Source of the DNA: Nitrosopumilus sp.
GTDB taxonomy: Archaea > Thermoproteota > Nitrososphaeria > Nitrososphaerales > Nitrosopumilaceae
DNA: 64,000 bases
Direction of reading: 5' to 3'
NCBI GenBank assembly: GCA_965238275.1
Contig: OZ250186.1
Span: forward strand, 2,144,001-2,208,000
The notes under the pieces: model-generated
The model's input: only the letters and a program-made list of their open reading frames with translations
The model's database searches: none
What the model was told of the DNA's origin: nothing
Part shown: positions 1 to 8,567 of the stretch, in pieces
How the letters are laid out: every line of letters starts with the position of its first letter
Position numbering within the stretch: position 1 is the first letter of the stretch
Position numbers and translations under genes: made by a program

Positions 1-196
1 AGATACTGCGCCCACCCCATGCCAGTCATCCCCATGCACAGGCGTCAAACAACACAAACCAATGAATGAGTTTTTTCCAAATCTGTGCTTAAAATGACAA
101 CGCATGAGTCAGTAAACAACGAATCCACATGAAACATGCGCGTCAATATCCATACACGAAATCAATATTTAAAAAAACCGATCCGGCATCCGCGGG

Positions 197-2016
197 ATGC
201 CCCGGGCAGGTGTCCCTTTAGGCATGGCTCCTTCTCCTCCTCCAAAATCCGAAAAGCTGATCCTGCAGGCGGAGCTGCGCCGCGCATGGGGCGTGGCCGA
301 CTGCCTGATCGGAGTGGTTGCGACGTGTTTGGGACTGGTGGATTCGCTGAGGGGCAGGCTGGCACAAAAAACCAGGGAGAATGACGACTTGAAAAAAGAG
401 ATAGTCAAGCTCAAAAGGATGCTGTCGGTCCACGAGAGTTGGAACCACTCGTCCAGGGAGGCAGTCCTGTTTGCCAAGAAGCGAAAAGAGTTCCAGAGGA
501 GGGCCGGCGCCGGGACCGGCGGGGACGGTGGTGAGGAAGACGGTCAATATCCATCCAGAGGAGGGCCGGCGCCGGGACCGGCAGTGCCAGTCCTGACGGA
601 AAACGGTGCGGACACCAGCCCGGGACAGAGGGCGTCTCCCACGGCCACAAGCCGACTGAAACCAAGACATATCGGGCAGACATGTGCAAAAACTGCAGCA
701 GCACGGACACGCAGCCCGAAGGGATGTATTGGAAGATTGTACTTGATTTGACCCGATGTGATGGCAACAACAACATGGTCTGCCATGTGGAGGAGACCGT
801 GCCGGCATACTGCACCAGGTGCGGCACCGTCACGCACCCCGAGACTGGCACCATTGCGGGATCATCACTTGGGCCCGGCCTGAGGAGAATAATCGCCAAC
901 ATACACGAAGTCGTGCCATCCGTAAGGTCCATCCAAAGGCTCCTGGCATCAAACCACGGCGTCACGTTATCGACGGGGTGCATATCCAACTGCCTGTCGG
1001 GGGTGACCAAACGCGCAAAAGGGAACTGTCCGGAAACGACTCCCGGCCATGCAGAAACCCCGTTGGTCTCCAAGGGGCCGTTGTCGCTGCTGCCGCCGTC
1101 GCCTGCAGACTGCGGGCCGTATGACCCGAGCCGGGATGCCGTCTGGTCCGGCATGGCAACACAGCCGCTTGTCAGACAGATAGAGGAAAAGATCAGCATG
1201 GCCCCATGCGTGCAGATAGACGAGTCGCGAAAAAACATCGGGGGCAGGCAGGCACAGGCCCTGGTGCTGGACACAGAGCATGCTGTCCTCATACGCATAG
1301 AGAAGGACAAGTCCAGGAAGACCATGGAGGGTGCCTTTTGGATGGCGCTGAACAGGCCGTTTGTGGCAGACATGTACCGCGGCGGCTGCGCCTTTGCAGG
1401 AGAGTTCCAGTCGTGCTTTGTGCACGTGAACCGCAAGAGCGAGGGCCTGGCCATTCGCCACGGCATCGACTCGTTCGAGTACGTCCTGTACGTCATGATG
1501 CGCGGCATATACCATGACGCCAAGGCAGCAGCTGCCAGGACCCTCGAGATGGCCGGGGGGCAAGCAGTGCAGTCTGCCTGCGACATCGGCGCCGCCGTCA
1601 GGACAGTTCCAGGACTGGCAGAACACGTCGAATCAAGCCGGTCTGACCTGCTCAAGCGCCTCGGAAAGGTGGCCCACGCATACCGGAACGGCGCAGTCTC
1701 TGATGATGCCAGCCGCGAGTTTGCAGGCACGCTTGAAAACGCAATGCCGTACCTCCTCACGTTCATCGGACATCCGGGAATGGAGGGCAGCACCAACGCC
1801 TGTGAGAGAACCATACGCGGGTATGTCGTGAGGCCGCGCAACATACAGCGCATACTTCCGAACCGGCGCGCCGCAGACAACCTTGCCACGCTCCAGACGA
1901 TTCACGCCACGTGCGCAAAACGCGGAATATTCTCAGGCGATGCAGTCACCGCGTGCGACTCGTGGAACATGTTCGAGGCCGGGACGCCGCCGCCGATACT
2001 TCCGAATCTCAAATGA
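197..2016 (+). pseudogene. IS66-family transposase split by a frameshift at ~535-553
   Basis: N-terminal coiled coil in ORF 197-751. GHQPG..G.SH, CxxC pairs, QIDES, ADMY, QSCFVHV and TNACERTIR motifs lie in the frame of ORF 682-2016. Confidence 0.8.
492..582. repeat. 29-bp direct repeat, two copies 62 bp apart
   Basis: TCCAGAGGAGGGCCGGCGCCGGGACCGGC at 492-520 and 554-582. Confidence 0.95.
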
Positions 2017-2394
2017 CCGCGCCACGGCATCCGGCAGATCAGGGTTGTTGCCGCACCATTTTGGTTTAGACAGGACACGTTGCAGAACATGCCACAAAAA
2101 GCCGCAGGCATGTCTGCATGATGACATCTTATTCTTGCTATGCATTTTCACACACTGGCATATCTCTGATGGATGCTTCCATAATGGAGTCAGAATCACA
2201 TACCCATGTATGACATCCCAGCTAGCGTGGAATTGGCAAGGGGGGACGTGAACGCTTACCCTGCAGAATGCCCCAATGCGTAAGCGGCTGGGTTTACGCC
2301 TAATTCCACAATGTTGCAGACATCAAGCCCAAACAGTTTGCCTCCAATGCCTCAAATAGGCAAATATAGAGGAAGAACGGCACAGATCTCAGAT

Positions 2395-2562
2395 ATGTGT
2401 GAATGCTCAAAGGTTCACCTGTACGAGGTTGAATTCAAGCTTGATGGCATGACAGTCGTCCCCACCCACAAGAACTGCGGATTCGCCCTGGATCAAAAGC
2501 AGTCCGACAAGTTTCAGAAGGATCTTGTAAGATCATGGGGCATGGAAGACGAAGAGGACTAA
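2395..2562 (+). CDS. Small hypothetical protein (55 aa), possible metal binder
   Basis: MCECSKVH...THKNCG. AT-rich TATA-like box about 30 bp upstream. Confidence 0.65.
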   Translation: MCECSKVHLYEVEFKLDGMTVVPTHKNCGFALDQKQSDKFQKDLVRSWGMEDEED

Positions 2563-2586
2563 AAAATAAAAGGAATGTAAGTTTTT

Positions 2587-2721
2587 CTAGTGTTCAGTGT
2601 TCTTGCATATATCTTGATTGCAATCGCAAGAAGCGTCACAATAACACTCACTCTGCATTGCGCAGTCACATTCGGTGCCGTTCTCGGCCTGTGCTGCACA
2701 TCCACATGCTGCATCTGACAT
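2587..2721 (-). CDS. Metallothionein-like Cys-rich peptide (44 aa)
   Basis: MSDAACGCAAQAENGTECDCAMQSECYCDASCDCNQDICKNTEH: 9 Cys, four CxC motifs. TTTTAAAA box at 2743-2750. Confidence 0.7.
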   Translation of the reverse strand: MSDAACGCAAQAENGTECDCAMQSECYCDASCDCNQDICKNTEH

Positions 2722-2735
2722 ACTATACCTCACAT

Positions 2736-3000
2736 GCACTTGTTTTAAAAGGTTATAGCGGCGAGCGAAAATTCGTGCAAACAGATCTCTCTGTAGCATG
2801 TCCTGATGCTCTTTCCGGCGCTCTGTCAGACCTTCCAATATTGTCGTCGTTGTCGGATCCAAGCCGACCTGTCGAATTGTTCATTCCAGAACCATCCGAT
2901 CCGTGATCCTCGCGCCTTGTGACGACCTCGACACCTGCAATGGTGCCTCCACGATTCCCGTGGGCTTGGCCGCCAGTCTCCTCCGTATGGAGACAGTCAT
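2736..3000 (-). ncRNA. Predicted omegaRNA (scaffold in tnpB 3' tail plus flanking guide), copy 1
   Basis: Hairpin 2872-2899 covaries with copy 2. Sequence is conserved up to the element end and diverges after it. The 5' boundary is approximate. Confidence 0.65.
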
Positions 3001-4198
3001 TATCCAAAATGTTTTTTGCCGCGTTCTTGTCGGCATGGTGGCACCATCCGCATGAGACGCAGACAAATGATTCGCCGTTCCTGGACTTTTTGTCCACTAC
3101 CCCGCAGGCAGCGCACCTCTGGCTTGTATGTGCGTGTTCCACGCGTCTTGAAATTCCGCCTTTCTTTTTCATCTGCCATTCAAGCTGGATCCTGAACTCG
3201 CCCATTCTGGAATAGGCCATCTCGCGGTTCAACCCCGTCTTTGAAGCAGCCCCGTTGGATCGCCTCATCTTGGTCAAATCCAGATCTTCCAGGAACAATA
3301 CGGACAGTCCTTTTGTTATCCGTCTGGCAATGTCGGCCTCGTTGTGTTTTTGCCTGTTTGATGTCTTTTTCAATTCATGTGCTATCTTGCGCCCGATCTC
3401 TTTCCATCTTCTGGAGCCTGCCTGGCATCTTGATCTAAGTGATTTCAGCTGATCAATCCTGTCGCCGTCATGCCTCTTGCAGCCTCCGGGGACATTGTGC
3501 AGTTTTTCGTTCCCATGCTCGTCTGCGACTGCCGCAAGGTGCCTGACTCCAAGATCTAGCCCTGCCTTGCATCCGCCGCCACCGCCTGTCGCGGGTTCGG
3601 GGTCTGGGACTTCTATCTGCAAATGCAGTTTGAATTCGCGATCACCATCCTTGGTCTTGCGCGTGGCCTTGCCTGTGATATCGATCATCTGGAATGACAC
3701 GAACCTGCCTTCCGGGATCTTTACGCGCGGCCTTACTTCCCCGAATCCGGGCAGAAATACGGCTCCACTGTCTCGCAGTTTTGGCTTTGCGCGTGAATTC
3801 AGCGAGCGCAGCCTGGTTGTTTTCCTGCCGCGCCTCATCAGGCCAGACGGCTCGGTCCACCGATTGTGCTTGTACGTTTTCTTTTTCCCCACCAGCTTGA
3901 TCTGTTTCTTGCGCCAGATGCGCTTGTTGTGCTTGAGCCGGTTTGCCTTGCGGAATTTGACTGCCGCCTGGAAAGCCTGTTTTGAGGCGGCCTCATGCAT
4001 GCGGACGCTGTTGGTCAGGTTGAATTCCCTGCGCCATCCTGTTATCAGGTTGTTGACATCAAACTGCGTGATCCGTGAGTGTGCAAGTTTCATCATGATT
4101 GTCATGTCGTAAATGATGTCTGTTTCCCGGGAGCATTTCACGATCTTGCGTGACAGTTCCCGAGATTGTGTTATCTTGATGATTTTACTGACAATCAT
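2753..4198 (-). CDS. tnpB: RNA-guided endonuclease TnpB
   Basis: RuvC-I GLDLG, RuvC-II FLEDL, CxxC-CxxC zinc finger, RuvC-III HADKNAAKNI. All three catalytic acidic residues are present. Confidence 0.92.
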   Translation of the reverse strand: MIVSKIIKITQSRELSRKIVKCSRETDIIYDMTIMMKLAHSRITQFDVNNLITGWRREFNLTNSVRMHEAASKQAFQAAVKFRKANRLKHNKRIWRKKQIKLVGKKKTYKHNRWTEPSGLMRRGRKTTRLRSLNSRAKPKLRDSGAVFLPGFGEVRPRVKIPEGRFVSFQMIDITGKATRKTKDGDREFKLHLQIEVPDPEPATGGGGGCKAGLDLGVRHLAAVADEHGNEKLHNVPGGCKRHDGDRIDQLKSLRSRCQAGSRRWKEIGRKIAHELKKTSNRQKHNEADIARRITKGLSVLFLEDLDLTKMRRSNGAASKTGLNREMAYSRMGEFRIQLEWQMKKKGGISRRVEHAHTSQRCAACGVVDKKSRNGESFVCVSCGWCHHADKNAAKNILDNDCLHTEETGGQAHGNRGGTIAGVEVVTRREDHGSDGSGMNNSTGRLGSDNDDNIGRSDRAPERASGHATERSVCTNFRSPL

Positions 4199-4600
4199 AC
4201 CTGTGGTTGGGATTTATTTTCTTAAAAAGGATCTCAAAAAATTGCACGAACTCCCATGTGTTACGGGCATCCAAACCCGTTGATGTTGTGTGTTGACAAT
4301 GCGTCTGGTCCAGTCCGGTTTGGGTTGGTCGGGCAGTTTTTTAAAGATTTGTGGATCAATTGGGTAATTTTAGGCATGTCCGTGTCCGAACCGGCAGGCA
4401 CTGCGTGCGTATCCAGAAGAATGGTGCACAGCTGCCGCTAGGAATCCCCTCCCCCGTATCCGGAGGAAATGGTAGGCCAAACTCCTACAGTCAATATCAT
4501 TTTCGGCAAGCCGGGGGGACGGAAGGGGGCGTTGAGTCGCCCTCCGCTTGTGCAGGGGCGGCGAAACGCACCCCGGGTTCTCCAGTTTCCCCCAGGACGC

Positions 4601-5672
4601 CTAGACCTTGGATTCGGCAATGCGTTTTATTCTCTGGAATTTTCGTCTTACAAGATCCCTGTCCTGGGTCCTGTACTCGGTGCTGTGCTCAAGCATCTCC
4701 CAGACCCATTCGAGCATCTGCCTGGCCACGGCGACCCTTGCCTTCATGGGTCCTATGCGGGTTGCCAGTCTTTGGTAGCGCGCCCCTATCCGGACATCGT
4801 GCTGGACGGCAACTAACGCGGCCTCGACCATGGCGCGGCGCAGCCAGACGGAGCCGCGTTTTGTGATGCCGCCGGTCCTGACGGTCTCCCCGCTGTTGTG
4901 GTGTTTTGGCACCAGGCCGGCGTATGAGGCCATCTTTTCGGCGTCAGCAAACCTGCTGTGGTCGACTATTTCGGCAAGTATGGTTACTGCCGTAATGTAG
5001 CCTATTCCGGGTATGGTCATGATCAGCTGTGCCCTCCTGTCGCTCATTGCAATCCCGGCTACCTTTTTTTCAAATTTTGCCACCTGCTTTAGTACGGTAT
5101 CGATGGTGGCCAGATGCGACTGCACCGCCATGCGGTCAACCTCCCTCAGGGGCACGGCCTGCAGCCACTCGAGTCCAGGTCCCGTAAAGTCCTCCCTTGG
5201 GCTGCTCGTGCGGGTATTTGGCCAGGATCGCGTGGATGCGGTTCTTTGGGGCGGTGGCGTACATCTTCATGCCCAGGCGGGTGCGGGTCAGTTCGCGCAG
5301 GTCCCGCGCGGGCTTGTCGGCCACGAACGACTCCGGGATCATGTCCAGCCTGCACAGGTCTGCCAGCTTTGCCGAGTCTGCCTTGTCGTTTTTGTAGACG
5401 GTTTCGGTTATGATCTTCGTGTTGTGTGGGTGGGCCAGCAGGGTGTTGATGCCGACATCCTCGAGCATGTCGTGCACGACTATCCAGTAGTTGGCCGTGG
5501 ATTCGCAGACGGCCGTAGCCGGCACGTATCCTTCCTTGCGGATCATCTTGACGAATTCGGTTATTCCCCGGACATTATTGTCAAATTCAGCCTGCCTTAG
5601 TATCTTGTTGGTTTTGCCCTTGATGGTTGAAACGCATTTCTTTTTGTGAACGTCTATTCCAATGTAATACGT
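4601..5672 (-). pseudogene. IS110-family recombinase (DEDD + Tnp_20 domains), frameshifted at ~5180, start codon apparently ACG
   Basis: IGIDVHK, CEST, KNDKADS, IPGIG and AGLVPKHHNSG motifs. Shine-Dalgarno GGAGGTGA 4 nt before ACG at 5672. Confidence 0.9.
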
Positions 5673-5699
5673 GCTATCACCTCCTTTGCAGCATATCGG

Positions 5700-5863
5700 A
5701 CCCGACCAGCGGAAAACTCCCATTCACCGTCAAAGCGGTATTTGACCATCCGCATACCTTGAGTCACTCTTTCGCACGCCATCATAAGTGGCAAGTTCGT
5801 GTCGACTCTCAGGTCCAACAGGGTAAATGCCATGATCACCGTTACAACGGCAACACATGGCGT
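5700..5863 (-). ncRNA. Predicted bridge RNA (target-binding loop 5808-5761, donor-binding loop 5753-5709)
   Basis: Two stem/internal-loop/stem units whose loop arms match the insertion target and the circle junction. Confidence 0.8.
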
Positions 5864-5973
5864 CTTTCGCTTTTCACTATAGTACAGGAACATGGTTTAT
5901 ACAAATAGGATCAACTCCCCCCATACATGGCAGTCGACTGTGATTTCCTGTGCGGTGTCCGGGCAGAACCGGG

Positions 5974-6852
5974 CTATACGCCTGATACTGTCTCGAGTAT
6001 GGAGTTGCACGAGGTTTTGATGAGGCCGGCCTGCTCCTCCAGCAGGCCAGAGTCGGCCCCCGTGTCAAAGGCGGTTCTCAGTACATGGAAGAGATCCCGC
6101 CTCTCATCCAGGGTGCCCTTGATTCTTTCAAAGTTCTGCCTGTTGACATACCCCAGATAAAAATAACAGTCAGTAGGCATGGAGTTTCCTAGGAAGAAAT
6201 CATATTTTGACCGGATGGTCCCAGAAACGCCTGCCCGGACCATGTCAGAGAATCCGATCGTTGATTTGAGCATCCGCTCAAGGAGGGTGGTAGTCGCCCT
6301 CTCCATTCCTATCGTCTGGGTCACAGACGAGATGTGCTCGTTGATGGGATTCTTGGGAAGCAGCCGAAGCGTCTCAAGCATGTGGGAGGGACTTGGTTTC
6401 CGATGGTTCAGGAGACATATCGCGTCTGCCAGGCAGTATGAGGCACATTTTTGCCAGAACGGGGCAAATGCGTCGGATGCTTGGATCCCCTTCATGGTTC
6501 TCTGAATGCAGAACAGCGCCTCGATCAGATTGTTCCGGGCAAGATTGGTAAAGAGTGCCGGCTTTTTTGCCTGGACCCTTGATACAAGCATTCTCAAATC
6601 CCACGACTCGTCCTGGATTATGTGCATCCCGTCATATCCGAGGAGAACCTTTGGGTCATTCCAGGACAGGGAGGCATGGCGGATGACGGCATACGAATCC
6701 CCGTACCGGACCGTCTCATGCCCGGATCTTTCGTCAAAGACAAAGACGTCATACCCGCATGATTCAAAATGGGTGCCGGCGGCCCTGCATCCCCCCAGTC
6801 CGGCCGGAAACGAGTCCAACCCCCTCCCCTCAAGAAGTCTTTTCAGATCCAC
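5974..6852 (-). CDS. Hypothetical protein, possible nucleotidyltransferase-like N-terminus
   Basis: 292-aa ORF with normal composition and a GG...YDVFVFD segment. Confidence 0.7.
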   Translation of the reverse strand: MDLKRLLEGRGLDSFPAGLGGCRAAGTHFESCGYDVFVFDERSGHETVRYGDSYAVIRHASLSWNDPKVLLGYDGMHIIQDESWDLRMLVSRVQAKKPALFTNLARNNLIEALFCIQRTMKGIQASDAFAPFWQKCASYCLADAICLLNHRKPSPSHMLETLRLLPKNPINEHISSVTQTIGMERATTTLLERMLKSTIGFSDMVRAGVSGTIRSKYDFFLGNSMPTDCYFYLGYVNRQNFERIKGTLDERRDLFHVLRTAFDTGADSGLLEEQAGLIKTSCNSILETVSGV

Positions 6853-7025
6853 ACCATGACAAATAGCAAAATTCCCTTAAAGGGTGTCAGCCCACAAAAT
6901 TTTACAAACCGCACAAAGTCAGAGTCCCCCCTGCTGTCAGTCCGGAATGGGTTCCGGCCGTGCCGCGTGCAAGGGCAGGTTCCAAGCATTTCCTTTAAAT
7001 TGAGAAACAGCCCGCCTTTTATCAA

Positions 7026-7100
7026 GCTCCTATAGTGTAGTCCGGTTAAGCATACTGCCCTCTCAAGGCAGTGACTCGGGTTCAAATCCCGATGGGAGCA
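7026..7100 (+). tRNA. tRNA-Glu(CTC)
   Basis: Cloverleaf with anticodon arm CTGCC-CTCTCAA-GGCAG and T-loop TTCAAAT. Confidence 0.95.
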
Positions 7101-7135
7101 TTGCATTACTAAAATAGTTAGGCTGCGTACACGTA

Positions 7136-7786
7136 GTGTTGAGCCTGAAAGAGATCAAACTCAAAGACGAATACCGGTCTGACACGAGCAACATCACAGA
7201 GGACTTTTTCATCCCGTGCCTTGAAAACTGCACGGAGTATCACAGGTGTACAGAGACGCTCTCAATCAAGGCGCTAATCATGATGGCTACAAGACTTGAC
7301 AACATTACAGACGGCACCACGGTGCTGAGAATGGTCATAGGCCACAGGCTCAGAGTCAGTGACCTGAACATGCTCATAAGGCTGTTCTCTGAAGGAGCCA
7401 GACTTCCCAGGGGAAAGCACGCAAAGACCATTCAACGGATAAAGGATGCAGTCAGACAGGGCAGCATTCAGGTCAGGATTGCAGTACCAAACTCAGATCA
7501 CATCATAGATTCCGTATCAGAAAGGGTTGGGATATTCAGGGACGGCGAGAACAACATGGTGGCATTTACCGGAACTTTTAGGGAGGCCATCGCATCCCCG
7601 ACAAAGGAGTTTGAGGCAATAGATGTCTTTACGTCATGGAATGACATGTCAAGGGTGAAAAGAAAGATGGAGCACTTTGAGCAGCTGTGGCAGAACAAGG
7701 CAAAACATCTGGACGTGTATGACTTTGTGCATGCAGAAAAAAAAAGCCTTCTCAAATACTCCTCGGACTGGCTGATGCAGTGCTAG
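7136..7786 (+). CDS. Stand-alone PLD-like domain resembling N-termini of SF2 helicases, HKD motif degenerate
   Basis: YRSD...DFFIPCL at the start and SERVGIFRD...VAFTG...FEQLW later in the protein. Confidence 0.65.
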   Translation: MLSLKEIKLKDEYRSDTSNITEDFFIPCLENCTEYHRCTETLSIKALIMMATRLDNITDGTTVLRMVIGHRLRVSDLNMLIRLFSEGARLPRGKHAKTIQRIKDAVRQGSIQVRIAVPNSDHIIDSVSERVGIFRDGENNMVAFTGTFREAIASPTKEFEAIDVFTSWNDMSRVKRKMEHFEQLWQNKAKHLDVYDFVHAEKKSLLKYSSDWLMQC

Positions 7787-8349
7787 GCCTCAAACGGCTC
7801 CTCTGGCGTGGCGGACTTGTTTTCATAAAAATTCATCCTGTTAATCTTGTAGTATATGACCTCGCCGCGGCGCTCAATGACTGCAATTATCGGCTCCTTT
7901 CCCATCTGCGTAATCTCGTCAATCTTTTTTTGCAGGGCGCCCATCCTCTCCTGCCGGCCTTCGCTGAGGCCAAATATGAGAAACTTGGCACCCTTTTGTC
8001 CATAGTCCCCCCTCTCATAAACCCTAAAATCAGAACCGAACCCAAAGCCGTCCTTTACCACATAGCCGCGATTGCGAAGGTCGCGATATATCAGGAATCT
8101 TGTCAGTATCTCAGGATCGGTCTTTTGGCATGTGCTGACAAAGGAGTCAAAGTCAGTCTGCCGTCCTCCCTTGGTCAGGGTAAGGCGGTTGGTGTACAGC
8201 AGGTAGAGCGTTTCAAACTGCTTTAAGACAAGTCTCTTTCCTTCGGCGTCTCCAAACCCCTTCTGTTCAAGCTCGTGGATCATCTCCCGGTCGGATATGT
8301 ATACGCGTGAGGAGATCAGCTTACCGGTAACCAGCGGGGTCTCATCCAT
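7783..8349 (-). CDS. endA: tRNA splicing endonuclease subunit
   Basis: YRDLRNRGYVVKDGFGFGSDFRVY motif. Confidence 0.9.
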   Translation of the reverse strand: MDETPLVTGKLISSRVYISDREMIHELEQKGFGDAEGKRLVLKQFETLYLLYTNRLTLTKGGRQTDFDSFVSTCQKTDPEILTRFLIYRDLRNRGYVVKDGFGFGSDFRVYERGDYGQKGAKFLIFGLSEGRQERMGALQKKIDEITQMGKEPIIAVIERRGEVIYYKINRMNFYENKSATPEEPFEA

Positions 8350-8448
8350 GATATGATGGGTGCCTGATGGTTTCCATATAAGCATTGGAATGGCGGCGGT
8401 TTGGGGGACCGGTCGGTTCAGGGGGAGGCGTTATAGGGTTCGTATCCG

Positions 8449-8492
8449 GGCAGGCAGGCAGGCAGGCAGCAGCAGCAGCAGCAGCAGCAGCA
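8449..8492. repeat. Compound microsatellite (GGCA)n(GCA)n
   Basis: Directly visible, intergenic. Confidence 0.9.
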
Positions 8493-8567
8493 CCCCACAA
8501 ATGCGCGGCAGGCGTTGAAGGGATTGGAACCGGCACGGGCCGGTCCGGCGGTTTGGTCACATGCGCA

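Larger units (their letters stand above)
112..2259 (+). mobile_element. IS66-family (single-ORF, ISBst12-like) element, frameshifted
   Basis: Right end (reverse complement GTAAGCGTTCACGTCCCCC, ending 2259) matches the end of the IS66 at 8568 at 15/19 positions. Left end GTAAACA at 112 is tentative and no TSD was found. Confidence 0.6.
4253..5865 (-). mobile_element. IS110-family element with CT/AG core and subterminal inverted repeats
   Basis: Core CT at 4251-4252 and 5864-5865. Subterminal IR CCATGTGTT at 4254-4262 and AACACATGG at 5852-5860. Empty site present at 13240-13252. Confidence 0.9.
2756..5879 (-). mobile_element. TIR-bounded TnpB element copy 1, left TIR interrupted by IS110
   Basis: TA at 5878-5879 and 2756-2757. 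Removing 4253-5865 restores the left end TAGTGAAAAGCGAAAGTTCGTGCAATTTTTTG, identical to copy 2. Right end matches copy 2. Confidence 0.85.

Noticed and set aside
411-1889. Long antisense ORFs (also 21772-22701, 38075-39256 and others)
   Set aside because: Shadows of real genes on the other strand or in another frame, with no recognisable motifs.
2753-4198. TnpB as a Cas12f effector or a nuclease-dead regulator
   Set aside because: There is no adjacent array and all three RuvC acidic residues are intact.
5654-5893. 79-aa ORF upstream of the IS110 recombinase
   Set aside because: It crosses the element boundary and overlies the predicted RNA structure, with no protein motif.
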